A stretch of DNA of 54,029 bases, filler included, from Diploschistes diacapsis (lineage: Eukaryota): the NCBI GenBank assembly GCA_023645945.1. It is 4 parts of 4 records of this genome, joined end to end, with 100 filler letters (N's around TTAATTAATTAA, not from the genome) between each part and the next. Parts side by side here need not be neighbours in the genome. Positions count along the whole stretch, not along the records: positions 1 to 13,461 come from JALAIB010000660.1; 3 more parts are not named here. One strand, given 5' to 3'. Below the pieces are notes generated by a model, which did no database searches, was not told the origin of the DNA, and worked only from the letters and a program-made list of their open reading frames with translations. The translations under genes and the position numbers were made by a program. How positions within the stretch are numbered: position 1 is the stretch's first letter; every line of letters starts with the position of its first letter. Shown here piece by piece: positions 1 through 13,561 of this stretch.

Positions 1-832
1 TATGCATATACGTTAATAAAAATTCAATAAGATCGTCGTTATATTGAAAAGGCAAGATTGGTTAAATAATAGAATCAATTTACCATGTAGTACGAATACG
101 TAATTGTATTTATTAATAAGTCTGAGAAGCTTTGGTGTCGAGTAGTAAATAATAAGTTTCTTTTGATTTCTTGCCGGGCAATGCTTGCTTCGCCCGGTTC
201 TTACAGTACGTGCTTCATCCTCGATATCTGTATCATTTATGAGTATTTTGAGAGAATAAATCTTTCTTTTTTTTTAGGATGGGTTAATTCTGATGTCTAT
301 CTATTATTGGAGTGAATTAAATATGTTAAGTTCGTCGACGTGGACCATACAATAAAACAGGGATTTAGCGTTTTATAGTTTATAAGATTTTATGTTTCTT
401 TAAGTGCAGTTTTGCAAGTAGATCGGCGCTCGCGAGGTAGTATTATTGGCCATAAAATAGGATTTGGTGCGGTATGGTTTTCGGGACATTTTTTTGATTT
501 CTCGCTTAGAGAACGGTATTTTTAATTAAATAATTTCCGTTACGTCTTTCTTTAATTACCGTATGTTATGACTGAGCATCGTTATGTGGTTATAAGTTAG
601 TTAGTTTATTGGTACTGTAGGGGTATGTACGGATCTTTTGTTGCATCGCTTTGAAAGGTTTATGGCGGTAGAACGTGGTATACGTTCTGGATATTCCTGT
701 TACGAAGGGACGAGAGTTGTACTTTTATCTTTTTATAATTTAGTATAAAGAGAGGTTACGTGATATTTAATCGCTTTTATCTCTGTTTTTCTTTTTGGCT
801 GCCTCTTGCTGAACTTATACAAGATATTCATT

Positions 833-2429
833 ATGTTCGGCTTTTTTTTGGTCCTTTCTGGACTTTCGTTTGCGTTTACTTCGTTGTTTAATCGAGACGT
901 ATTTGTTTAGTCTAATCTTAATATAACGTGCAGTATCCTCGTTTACAAATTTCTTAATCAGATTGAGTATCTAGGAAGCGTTAATTATACTACCGATATT
1001 ACCGGTATGGTCGTATCTGAGTCTTTGGAAGTGAATGGCGTTGATAGGTTTCGTAGTATACTGGTCGTTCCGGGGTTATTTTGATCTAAATTGTGTCTTC
1101 GCGCTTCTGACTTCGGAAGACCTTGCGGCTGGCGTTAAAATCCTTATAGCAACCAATATCTCTTTTACGGTTCGTAGTGGTGGCCATTTTCCAATTACGG
1201 GTATCAATAACATCAATAATAATATTTTTATTGTGATAAATAACTTCAATGACTCTATCTTAATTCTTACGTTAAATTCGTGAGGTGTTTCTGCTTTTGT
1301 TATGGGTGTTAATTAACGATAGGGGCCCATGTATAGTCTATTTGATTAATATAATTAAACGATAACGGGCGGCCGCGTATATTTCGTCGGTAGTAGTGTC
1401 CTTTTTAGAGGTGGTATCAGTTACACGGCTAATCGTTATGGCTGGAGTTCCGATAGCGTTTTTAATTTTGAGTTTGTTACGGGCGAGGGAAAGGTTTTTC
1501 AGATTAGTAACAAAATTTACCCGGATCTCTACTGGGCTTTAAAGGCAGGTTAGAATAATTACGGTATTGTTACTCGATATATCCTGCAAACTTATTTATA
1601 GGGCCCTGTTTTTGGAGGAATTATCGACGTCCTTCCTTTTGTTTTCTAAGATTATTTCGATGCTTAATAAGCCTATATCAATCCCGGAGGAGGAATCGAA
1701 GACTTGGATGTTGCGATAATGCCCGGCTATAACTACGTCCCTGCCGTAAATCAAATTAATGCAATATGGATCGGTATGTACAATATTTTTGAGATTAATC
1801 CGAAGGTTTTCGAAAACTTTACCAAGTTGGTTAACACGTTTTCGTCTATTAACGTGGGTCTTATATTCTTTTTTTCGTTTATAAAGCAGTCGGAGACGTA
1901 TTAAGGTTCTATCGCACGCGGTAACTGGTTCGCTATTGTTATAAAGATTATTAATAACACGATAAACTTTTAATATTAGATTCTCTACGATACCGTTAAT
2001 AAGATCGTGCTCGGCCTCGATGTTATCGTGGGCCTGTCGAGCGAGTTAATTACTTAAACTTTTATTCAAAAGTCGATCAATAACGGCGGCGATCTTATTG
2101 ATCTAGACCCCGTTAATGGTTTATTCGTTATTACGTTATATTACGTTCTTTAATTCGATGAATCGTAAGACGTTATTATGAAAACTTATCTAGAAACTTT
2201 CATTTCGAACCTTGACACCGCTATTAAAATCGATGGTTCATATTATTCGTTCATCTTTAATAATAATGCGGGTAACATCCAATTTCTTTTCACCTTCTAT
2301 GGTGCTGGCAAGAATCTGCTTAAGATGAAGGCTATTGCGGAAAAGTACGACCCTTAAAGCGTTTTTTAAAGACTAGTACCGGGATTCAAGCTTAATAGGC
2401 CAGTGATAAATCTCTATCTTTCGTATTAA
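833..2429 (+). pseudogene. FAD-linked oxidoreductase (BBE/6-HDNO-like, probably secreted), RIP-inactivated
   Basis: ATG 833 with hydrophobic leader; GTATGG intron near 1005; covalent-FAD motif FTVRSGGH; C-terminal KYDP*SVF*RLVPGFKL (KYDPxxVFQ-type). Many in-frame TAA/TAG at probable Gln/Trp codons. Confidence 0.85.
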
Positions 2430-3169
2430 AAGGTCTACGTAGAAGCTGTATATTAAATGTAATAAAATGTATCGCTAGTATTCATATAGGAATGTATATT
2501 GTTTAATTTGATAACAGCTTAGATTAGCTTTCGTAAATTTAATATAATAATAAGTCATATAATGTTTAATAATCTTTTACACTTAAAACCCTTTTAGCGC
2601 CTTTGATTCCTAAGAAAGCCATTTATGGTAGCCTTTTGCTATAGCTATGGTACGAGTAGTTCTCGAATCGAGCTACGGACGCTCTATATATTTGTGCCCG
2701 AGATAGTTGAAGCACCGAAGTACCGTGATCTTGTTGTATGCTAACTAGAGCAAAGAGGTATAAAAGACTTGGCTGTGTAATGAAGACCATAAAAAAAACT
2801 CGCGAGGATAGGAGTGCGGTTAAAGATTGGGCAAAATGCGCGCCCAAGGGCTGACATGATTTCCGTATGGTGAGGTCAGAAATCAGGATGAAGTTAGAAG
2901 TGTGATATATTATCTCGAGGCTCGAAATACTTATGTGTAACTTTAATAAGTGTAGATGTATGGAAAGTGTGCTGTTTCTCATTATTATATGGTTAAATCA
3001 AAATTATGGATGAAGGTATCTTTATAGGTTGTATTAAATGTTTGGTTCGAAATATCGAAAGTTCTGGTTACGATGTGATCTTAAAGGTAATGTTTTTAAT
3101 CGTGTATGAAGATGTATTTGTGATGGATTATCTATTGTTTCCTAAGTATACCGACTGGTTCATATTTAT

Positions 3170-5020
3170 ACTCAACCGTTAGTTTCCTTACTTTATTTTC
3201 GTATTTGGGATCGATATTTTTTACTTATTTTTTTTCTAGTTCTTGTATATTTTTACATCGACCACCGGCTCTTGTCGTAGATTGATAATCGCGTTAATAA
3301 AGTTTATAAAATACGTGTCTAACTTGATTCAACTCCGGTTATCGATAGATTATATGTTATATTTAAATATTAATATCGTTATTATATATTAGATCTCCGT
3401 CGCGTTTAGATAGCGTCTCGGATAAAACGTGCTTCTTCTATTGAATAATCGAAATGTATTAGCCGGCGGTTTCATACCGATGAAGCGAGTCGGATCGAAG
3501 GCGTCGACGGACGCGGCACGGTTATCTTTATCGACGACGCTAGCTTACAACGCCGCGTCTGAATGCACGACCTGATTGGGTATCTAGATCACGTTGTTCC
3601 GCCGTAATAGGTATATGTCGTTGAAACGGAAGTCATCGCGCACTAGTCGCGCGTTCGTTTTATATCTAATGTGCCGCAGTATCTCGTGCTAGATGGCGAT
3701 GAATATGAGATAATCGTCACGTAGGCGTTTAAGGTCGATGTAATACACGAGTTCTTGTTTCCTTTCGCCGGTTTATCCTTCGGTTCCGTCGCCGGGTTTG
3801 TCGTTTAAGCCGTTTTTCTTAACGGGTTGTATGCGTGTTGTGATAAGCGGTTTAATTTCACGCCGGATGCTAGTTAGGATCTCTGGATGCGAGAAAACAT
3901 ATCATGCGGTTCAGAAGCCCGAAGGCGTTGTGTTGGCTAGTACGCCGATGTTGAACGTCGTTTCCAGCCTAGCTGTGTCTCGAGCCGAGATGTCGTGCTT
4001 GACGGCTAAGTCGTGTCGAAAGTTGATTAGTATAGAGCCGAACCGCTGGTAACCGGCGCCGAAGTAAGTTTTTAAAACGTCGCGTACGGTTTCGCGCTCG
4101 CGATTGGCGGCAGGTGCGAAGAATGAGGGTAGAATACCTAGAAGTAAGACGGTGAAGCGGTTCTCGTATTTTTTAACAGAACGAACACGACATACGTATA
4201 TTAGAAAATCTGAGTAGAAGAATAAAGGAGAAAGAAAACGTAAAGCTTAAACCTTGCGTGATGATTAATTGAACGGTAAAGAATATAACGATAAAGAAAA
4301 TGGAGAAGAGAGAGAGGATTATGAAATACGTACTAGAAAGCATCGTACACTGATTCTTGTTTGAATGGATTATGGGGCCCGTATACGGCATTGTTGGTTA
4401 TAAACGTCATAATACGACGTATCTAGCGGAACAGATTGATCTACACGTCCTCGGTTTCTTTATTTTTAGGTATTAGCTTTACCGCTATGCGTATAACGTT
4501 TAATATAATATTTTTAACGATATTATTAAGGCTCGGGCCCGGTAGTAGCGCGTCGTGAATATTTCGGTAGTCCTCGGGCGTATAATTCATAACGCCGCGT
4601 TCGCTCGTCACGTTATTTAGTATAATCTTTAGAGTGGCCGGGCCAGCGGCGGTTATACGCGTAACCACCTTATTAACTAGATTGGCGAAGGAGAGGATCT
4701 TATTAGCGCGGTAGATGATCTATATGAACTCGGGTTTATTAACGATGTAAATTTTATTATTTATTATATTGACCGCGTAGATAAAAGGCCGGTGCATACG
4801 ATTGCTATATAACGCCGAAAGTTAGTTATAGAGTCGAGGGGAAGTAGTTATAAGAATAAGTCTAGGTTATAGAGGAAAGATAATTACGAGATATGTATAG
4901 ATAAATAGATCGGTAAGTAATTTTCGTTCTGTGGTCGTAGTAGTAAAGAATTTACGTAATACTTACTTCCCCGTTTATCTGTTATTTTCTTTTTATAAAG
5001 AGTCTGGTCTTTTCATGAAG
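3170..5020 (-). pseudogene. Cytochrome P450 (CYP7-like fungal type), RIP-inactivated; ends approximate
   Basis: AFDPTRFI (PERF motif) near 3480-3503. The heme region FRLFNRRSTFYPRRY reverts by transitions to FRPFGGGSTLCPGRH. GTAAGT donor near 4967 on the minus strand. Multiple stops. Confidence 0.8.
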
Positions 5021-5794
5021 CCGAAAAGTGAATCTATTTTATAATAAGATTTCGTATTTTAAAGGGACGTAATAATTTATTTTATGTTATAATAAATTAA
5101 TCGTGTATTTAATGATCGGAATTGTTTATTTTGTAAGAAACGGTTCATCCTTTAACGTCGATGTGCTAAAGACATATTATAATACAAAGCTAATAATATA
5201 TATACCGGCTATTATAGTTTATAAAATCGCTGGCGATAATAATTGCACGTCGTGTAAGGTATTTTAGAGTTTCGCGTCTATGGTGGTGTCTGTACATAGG
5301 CAAGTTCTTAGGCGTATATATTGGATGATATAGGTGGATCGTGCACGGAAGATATAATCGGAGCGAGGACTAGATAGGTATTGTAACGAATTATAGATGT
5401 GAAAAAGAATATACGCCGGATTTCCACATCATGTTTAGCGGCGGACTATGTTGCATGTCAAGAGTTTTGGTACCGTTTAATTAGATCAGCTTTTCTAAAG
5501 TACTTTCAGAGGTTTCAAGGCTTCTACTGCGCAGGTACCGGATTTTGCAACAGTTTTTATTAAGTGGTCCTTGCACGGTTTCGGATATAAGAAGGGATTT
5601 ACTCGATGTGAACGAGAGGAAAAGTTATTTTGATATGGAAGAAATATCATTTTAGGGGGAACGGAAATTACTCGATACGGTTAATTTAAAAACGAAATTA
5701 AATTAAACCCGTATTAATTAAATTCGTGGAGAAAGTACGTGATTATATTAGATCGATTGTATCTTAATTAGGACTAACGTAAATAAAAGTTTAC

Positions 5795-7046
5795 TAACAT
5801 ACGGCTAACTTCTTCAAGTTGGCGGGCTTTAGCTAACTTTAACTAACTTTTAAATATCGAAGAGTAATTTTGTTCTAAAGTTCGTTACCGTTCATTTAGT
5901 ATTGCAGCTCTTGAATATAATTCCGAATTCGGGAGTTAGGGCTATGAAAAATGGCCAGCTGTTTAGTAGCGAGTTTATTATACGTTACTTCTTATTCGCG
6001 GATCATGGACTAGAATATTCTCTATGCCTGATCGTATCGCAGGTTGGCTTTATCCGCGATGACCTTGACTGCGGAGTACAAGACTGAACCTTCGTTATGG
6101 CCCGTTTCAGAAACCTTCAACTCCTTCTCCCAACTATAGATGTCATTGATTACCGAAATGTGCTTTAAACAATTGTATTCTAGTGTTAATATTGAAGCGT
6201 GTTCGGCGGGAATTAAATCGAGATTCATAGAATATCGCATGAGCGCAGATAGGAGCTTATTTAATGCAAATCAGTATTCCGTATATGATGCTAGAAGTTG
6301 GAAATTACGCCTTTCCCACATCTTTCTCGCGGTAATCCAGATACTCGCCCAATTCTTTGATCTGAAGTCGAACCTTGTCGGTCTGGGCACGCATGAAAAG
6401 AAAGGTAGGTTCCAAAACTTCGTTGGTGAGTTTGCGATCGAGTGCTCTCATGGATTCTTAGAGGTCGTATATTATGTATTTAACAGGAACGCTGTTTTCG
6501 AGCGATTAAGCACTTATCCCATATCGTGGAGAGATTCTCATTACTTACGATCTAGGAGGACGTTATTTCGAGCGATAGGAATCAGTCTTTTATTATAGGT
6601 TTCGTTATTTACAAATGACATGTGTTCAAGGATATCTATAGAATCAGCCTTCTTAACATAATAATGGAAGGAAGTGACACGATACCATCGATAAAGAATA
6701 GAATGGTTAATAGTTTGCACGTATGGGTTATTCGATCATCGTTCGCCATAAGAAAGTAAAAATACGTGACACGACTGAATCCGGCATTAATAAAGACTCT
6801 TTTAACCTTCTCGCTCGGGAACGACCAGTGCTCGAGGAAGTAACCGTCGACTTCAGCGGTCACTTCGTCGACGTTGGGATGGTAGAATGGCGTTTATTTA
6901 GACGGCGGTATGGCCTATCTTAACGGCTGACGCACGGACTTAGGGGTATGGGCTAATTTAATGGAGGAGATGTGTGGCTTTAAGCCATGTACGGGAACGG
7001 GTCCGAAATCCTGAATTAGAATTATATTGATAATTCGAGTTAGCAT
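5795..7046 (-). pseudogene. Aristolochene-synthase-like sesquiterpene cyclase, RIP-inactivated
   Basis: EVDGYFLEHWSFPSEK..FINAGFSRVT..DDRI..CKLLTILFFID|D (DDxxE motif split by an intron); NSE motif INDIYSWEKE; C-terminal GNEL*NKITLRY. Closely follows fungal aristolochene synthase (Ari1). In-frame stops at Trp/Gln positions. Confidence 0.9.
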
Positions 7047-7499
7047 AAATAGAAGAGTCCTGAATTAACGGTTGACATAGAACTTATGGCGATATATATA
7101 TTAGGAATATGTTAGAACCCGATCGCTAATTATGATGTATGATGACCTTAGGTTTGTCATTTTCGTGGAGGCTTTTTTAAGCTTTCGAACACGCGGGAAA
7201 TTTTGATATATATGCTACAGAACTAAGTTAGAGATGTTATATTCTTCTTTCAAGAGTGATTGATTGTCTCCGCTACGAACTTTCGGACATTATTGCATTA
7301 GGCAAGCATTCGGTAGGTATTCGACCCTTATAAGAACATTAGTAGGTCTATAATCAACGTTTTACGTTCTATACGATTCGGGCGGGGCTACATATAGTAT
7401 ATTCTTAAGACTTATTATAACCTCATAGAGACCGTTATTAATAAGGATGGTATAAAATATAGGTAGGAGATCTGAATAGCTTTGGAGTAATAGATTAAG

Positions 7500-8936
7500 A
7501 TGAGTTAACTTTAATATATTTTTAGTTCGTTGGACGAGATTATGTTTTAATTGGTAATGAACGTAATCTACTGTTTTCCATATGACGATCTAAAGAGGAA
7601 TGAATTATTTTAAATCTTATAATTAAGACTGTAAAAAACGCGCAAGAAATTACCGTTCCTAGCCGACGATATGAGCCGTTAAAAAGAAGATGTAGCAATA
7701 GATAACAAACGATTCGGCGGCTTCACTTTTTAGTTTATTAATGATATAATAGAAGTTAAGATTAAGAATAACGACCTTATATCAGAAAAGTCTTAATAGA
7801 AATATACTTATGTAGAATTATAAACGCGTTAGATGCCTATAAACGAACTAAACGTTTAAAATCTTTTTCCCGATAATAATTACGATGGATTTGTAAATAT
7901 AAAGTTCTTTCGGGCGCGGATCATTTTCATCCGGGACGGCTACTTTATTGCTATAAATAACAGTTATACCTATATGGATGCTTAAGGGTTTACGATGCTG
8001 ATAAGGATTTAGGCCGAGGAGTATTATGTTTTTTAGGATGTGTCGGAAACGTTTGTAAAGAAGTTAGTTTTTACGCCCGGCATGCTTTCCGCCGCCCTGG
8101 CCAAGCAATTTTCCTATGCCGATTATTACGTTGTAAAACATAAGCTGTAGTCATGGAAGCTTTTAGGGTTGGATTAAAGGAGATTGAGCGATAAAGGGGA
8201 TTTAGCGGTCCTTTACGTATCCGTTCTTAAGATTAATACTAGTATTTTTTCTTTTAGTGCCGAAAGTTAGGAACGCGTATATGAAGCCGGTAGCTTAGAT
8301 GAGAACGATTTCCAAAACGAAGATCTTATCTGGGTCTCGTTTAACGATACGCTTGTTATATTGTTATAAAGGTGTATTATGAAAGCCCGAGTATCGTTTT
8401 AGATAAATAAGCTATATAATAAAAACTTTATGGTTTTAGTAGTAATCAACGGTCGCCGTGTTTTTTACCTATCGATACCAATAAACTATATTAGTAACGT
8501 GATTTTCTGCTATCTTATAGACCTGCCCGTCATACAAGTTATAATACCCCGAACAACTCTTGTTTCTCTAGCCTTGGCCATCCGAAGGTCGGTAGAGAAA
8601 AGCTTTGATATTAATGTTTTGGCGTAAGCTGTCGATTTGTCGATTTATATTCCGGACGTTCGCGTGTTAGGTAACGCGTTTATTAGCTGGTTTATCGAGA
8701 AGTTAATCACGACTTCAGTCGTGGATCTCTTTATATACGAGACGAATTGGGATAAGCTGTTTAATAAATTAGAGTTTTATAAACTTCTTTTGGGGTAGTT
8801 TAATGGTATATGTATATTGTAGCTACGAAGGCTGGATGATTCAGTAGAAATATTCATCTCGTTAAAGGAACATGAGATGAAAAGACTGCGTACAGATTAG
8901 TAGTTCGTTAAATATGCCGAATTCATGTTTTTATAA
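7500..8936 (+). pseudogene. Acyltransferase, Tri101/transferase family, RIP-inactivated
   Basis: About 479 codons. N-terminal FSSLDEIM (LSPLD-type); HxxxD motif read as YTYMD (probable CAT>TAT); C-terminal YETNWDKLFNKLE (D-W-G-type motif) and EMKRLRTD**FVKYA. Many TAA/TAG. Confidence 0.8.
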
Positions 8937-9329
8937 GATTAGTTTATTTTACAAAGACCATAACGACGTTTAGCCCTTATATACAGGCGATGAGATACTA
9001 TATATATAATGGGTAGAAATTAAGAAATTTGGTTATTTGGTAGCTTCGTTATCGTTAAATCTCTATTTATTTGTTGCTCGCCACCTATAAGCCAAAAATG
9101 TGCCCAGCTAAAAAGAATGACAAGTCTCTCGTAAAAGCTTTTCCCATTATGGAAGTATCCGGTTCCAGAACTGGCGCTAGTATGTGTAAAAGTAGGTCCG
9201 TCCTGCCTGTACGGAGGGAGAGGCGTGGTACCTAGGGCTACCCTTGTTCTACGATTATAATACAGATTTGAATTGAATTATTAACTGACTTACCTTCCTA
9301 TTCAACAACAACGCGTATCGTTTTCTTAC

Positions 9330-11028
9330 ACGATAGCATTCGATTTAGAACTCCTAGATACCGCGGCCGTTGATGTGCTACTTAAATTACCACGACCAGC
9401 CTTCATAATTATTATTATTAACGTAATCTTTATCATAATACTAATATAATAATTAAAGTTACGCCGGCCTCGGTTAATAAAGAATATATATATTACTAAA
9501 TTAATAGATAGGAAAAAAATAATTACTAAAACTCGACGGGATTTCGTTTAGAATTATGGTAATATACTGATCGAAGGATATTAAAAGTCAGATACAGGTT
9601 TCTTCTATCTACCTTCCCTAGCTAGCGAATGTCTAATAATTTTCACACGGTATATCGAGAAGTTCAAGAACGTACCCGATAATATTATCGATTTTACTAA
9701 TAGTTTTTTAAAAATGTTTATAGGCGAGTATACCACTATCGGGCGGAAATGGCATTTATATCCTCCGGTGATCAAACGTGATCTCAACGTTCATCTATCC
9801 GAGATAACCTTAAACGTATAAGAAGAAATTTACGATGCTTATGAAACCCTAATGCCGTCTTGTGATACGTGGACCAAGGTGGATATGGCCTAAATGTTTG
9901 TCGAGATCATTTCTCGTGCTTTGAATCAGATGATGGGCGGTAAAACATTAAGTCGGAATCCCGAGTGAATAAAGATTTCGATCGATTTCACCGCCGACAC
10001 TTCTATGGCCGCTATAAGCTTAAAGTAGTATCCGTTATTTTTAAAACCCTTAATTCAGTACTGGATCCCTGAAATAGTTAAGATCCGTTATCACGGCATC
10101 GTGTCGCGTGAAACTATAGTTCCCATCATCCGTAAGCGCCTCGCGGAACAAGAACGGATAAGCGAGAAACATTAACCTCCGGTTAATCTACTATAGATGT
10201 TATGAGATGCTGCATAAAGTCCTAATAAGACGCCGGAATTTATAACTTATACGGCGTTAGCTATCAGCTTCGCTACGGTGCGTACCAGTTCTTCAATACT
10301 TATATATATCTTGTACGATCTTTGCACGCGATTTAAGTACGTAGAATCACTACGATAGGAGATCGAGACCGTTCTCGTAGAAGAAGGTGATTTTATTAAA
10401 CCGGTTCTAAACCGGCTCGTTAAGTTAGATAACTTTATAAAAGAATCGTAACGTTTTAATCCTATTATATTTAATAAATAGCTCCCGTTTTTTTTATTTT
10501 TTATTAAAAGGTTTATTTTTTTCTCGTCTCGACTTCGATTTCATCGGTCTTTCTTTTATATTGGTTTTTTTTATTTATACGTTTAAAATCATCTTCGGCC
10601 GTCTTATCCGGCGCGACCTATGTTTCAACGATAGTCTCGTTATTCCTCGAAATACTCTTATCGCTGTCCCGATTTACGCCGTCATGCAAGATCTACGTTT
10701 TTTTTTTAATGATTTTGACGGCTTCCGCTTCGCCTCGCCGCGCACGGACAACAAAGGTAGTACGATAACCTCGTCAATCCAGTAACTATAATCCTCGTTC
10801 GTCACTATTAACTAGTCCAATTTTAGCTGGAGATATGGCAAACATATCTATTCCGGCCGCTTCTTTGCCGCGAACGAGATCAAGATTATTGTCGCGTTCT
10901 TACTGGTTCATTACGAGTTCAAGTTCGTTGGCGAACGATACGAGCGTTTACGGAACCTCGACTTTGAGCTACAGAACATTGCAAACCTGAGCGTGAATAT
11001 TCTAATCAGGAAGCGGAAGGCGAGATAA
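9330..11028 (+). pseudogene. Cytochrome P450 (ent-kaurene-oxidase/CYP68-like group), RIP-inactivated; 5' end approximate
   Basis: KLDNFIKES*RFNP (ExxR), FDGFRF (PERF), SWRYGKHIYSGRFFAANEIK (degenerate WGYGKHACPGRFFA heme motif). Intron near 10472-10590. Confidence 0.85.
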
Positions 11029-11392
11029 TGGTCGTAAAAGAGAACAGACGTGGCTATTGATCTAAAAGGTTGATTTTGGATGTGGCTAAGAGTTGTAAGA
11101 CGTGGCCCATCTTGGAACAGAAACAATGAACGAATTCTATAAATAGTAATAATATTAATACGGAACGATATATATTTATTATATTAAGCGTTAATAAGGG
11201 ATAGTTTAAGACCGATGAATCATGGGTAAGCTTATATTAGTTATTAATACTTATACGAATGTTTTATAAGTACATGAATTTATAAAAGAGGTTTAAATGG
11301 TAGTAATAGTTCAGTGTAATTTTTTTAATTAGTCGTTATTATTCTTATTTATGAGCGATTTTTTCCCCCGGTTCTTGCAATTATGTAATTAT

Positions 11393-13461
11393 TTAATCCT
11401 TTAGTTTCTCGTCCGTTCTCGTTATTAGCCTCAGGCCGATTCCCTTTCCAAGGTTTAACGTAACCTTGCCAGCGTTTTTCATCCAAATGTCGGCGTGTAT
11501 CTTGACCGGGTTCTCGTTCGGTGCTAGCACGACGCGGTACGTTTGTAGTAGCGTGACGATATAGGCTATGAATTCGGCTTGCGCGAATTTACGCCCAAAA
11601 TACGACCGCGTATCGTCGTTGAAGGTTAGTAGCGTGCCGCGCATTTACCGCGTACGGTCCGCGCTTACGACTTTTTTCTCGGGGGCGCCGGGACCCGGCG
11701 GAGTACTAGACGCGGTTGTTGTGTTTTGGTAGCTGATCGTTTTTGTTCCGATCGGAGCCGGGGTGGCGGTTGCGAGGTCGTTGTCTGACGATAAGCCCGC
11801 TGCGGCTAGCCAGCGAGTCGGGTCGAGGACCTCGGGGTTAGGCCAGTAGTGGGGGTTGAAGTGCACGCCGGGCGCCGAGAGGTAGACGCGTGCTTCGGCG
11901 GGGAGGACGTGGGGCGTGGGCGGGCGCGAAGAGTCCGTCGGATGCGAAGCGTAGATGGTATTGCCGTTATTCGTTATTTTGGTGATGAGCGTAACGCTAG
12001 GATAGAGGCGGAAAGACTCGTATTATTTAAAGGAAATAAAGAAAAGAAAAGATTAAAAAATAAGCTTAACGTGTTATACTCTAGATGGAAGAATATATGC
12101 ACTGCAGAGAATTAGAGAATAAAACCAAAGAATAGGCATTGAGCGAAAAGTAGGACGTACCATAAAGGCGTAAATATAGACAAGCTTCTCGAAATCGTTT
12201 TTATAAAAGAGTTCAGGACGGCCTTCGGCCGTAGCGGTAGCGATAACAGTGCTGATTTCGGCCATAATCTTGGTTTAGATATCTTAATAAAGGGCGAGGA
12301 GAATTAAACCGTAAATGATGGCATTCGCGGTCGTTTCATAATTTATGAAGAGAAAAATATCTTGATCAAAAGCCGCTCCTTGGTCTAAAGTATTTTATTA
12401 AAGTTTATTAAAACAGATACGCATTTATCTGTAAGAAGATAGATAAAGAGGTTATTTATGATTTTATTTTTAATAAATAAGTCTTTACGGTCCTGGCCGG
12501 TTGTTTTCTAATTTAATTAGGCCTCGATGCGGGATGCGCGTATGATAGACGTCAGTAGGTTCGCCCGCGACGTGTTGTTCTGATGTTGCTTAGGTTTTTT
12601 TTTTAAATGAGCACGCTCGGAGCGAATTATGCCGCGGATATAATTTTTTAGTTACTAGTATACTAGTTTAACGGGCCTTAGCGGTGGACATAAGTTTATA
12701 AATCAATTCGGAAACAGTAGGATAAGAATCATATTGGCGGTTGTGTCGTTAATAGTCTTAAGGAATGAAAGTTAGAAGTTTGGCGTCACGTCTTTCTTTT
12801 CTATATTATTGATTTAGTTAAGTCGTTTGTCGAAGCCGGTTAGCGAAATCACAATCAGTGTTAGTAAATTAACGTTTATATGAAGTTTACGTCGACTTTT
12901 TTTAAATTAGGTTTCCGATAGCCGGCGTGTTTGGTAGACCGTCTCGTCCTATATTATGTCGTTAACGCCCGATAGATTATTAAAAGGCGGGGTTGTTATT
13001 CGGACGTGGAATCGATAAGTTTTATTTTCGGTCGTGGCGACGTTGGGTTTATATAGCTTAAGTAATTTATATTTGTTCGGTAATTTGATAAAATCGTTAC
13101 GGCGGTTTATGACATTTCATCTTATGCTCGCGTCGGTTGAATAGCAGATGATACCTTTCGGAAATATATATAGAAAGATGTCATCGTATTTCTCGTAAGT
13201 ACGATACTTATTCTTTTATTATTAATCCTTGATGATGAAGCGGTATTAGCGAGGTTATCTTTTTTTTTGTTTTAAGTAACGGTTATAGATGTATCGAAAG
13301 AAAGGTATAAGTAGGAGATTTAAGATTTTAGTCTTTAGGACTGGCGTGATAACGTAGGGAAGGCTTGTAACTCGTGTTTAAAAGATATATCGAGTAAGGT
13401 TTATAGTCTTATAAACGATTAATAGAATTATTAAACTTGTAAAAAAGAAGAAATATTAATG
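11393..13461 (-). pseudogene. Cytochrome P450, RIP-inactivated; 5' end probably cut by the contig end
   Basis: FLFINYETTANAI (I-helix AGxETT-type), YWPNPEVLDPTRW, MRGTLLTFNDDTRSYFGRKFAQAE (degenerate FSDGARSCLGRKFA heme motif). Premature stop at 11645. Confidence 0.85.
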
Positions 13462-13561
13462 NNNNNNNNNNNNNNNNNNNNNNNNNNNNNNNNNNNNNNN
13501 NNNNNTTAATTAATTAANNNNNNNNNNNNNNNNNNNNNNNNNNNNNNNNNNNNNNNNNNNN
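13462..13561. other. Assembly gap with artificial six-frame-stop spacer
   Basis: N44-TTAATTAATTAA-N44, identical at three positions in the window. Confidence 0.97.

Noticed and set aside
1..13461. Alternative genetic code (TAA/TAG = Gln) or organellar origin
   Set aside because: Stops also replace Trp codons, and catalytic Cys/His/Gly residues are mutated by transitions, which fits RIP.
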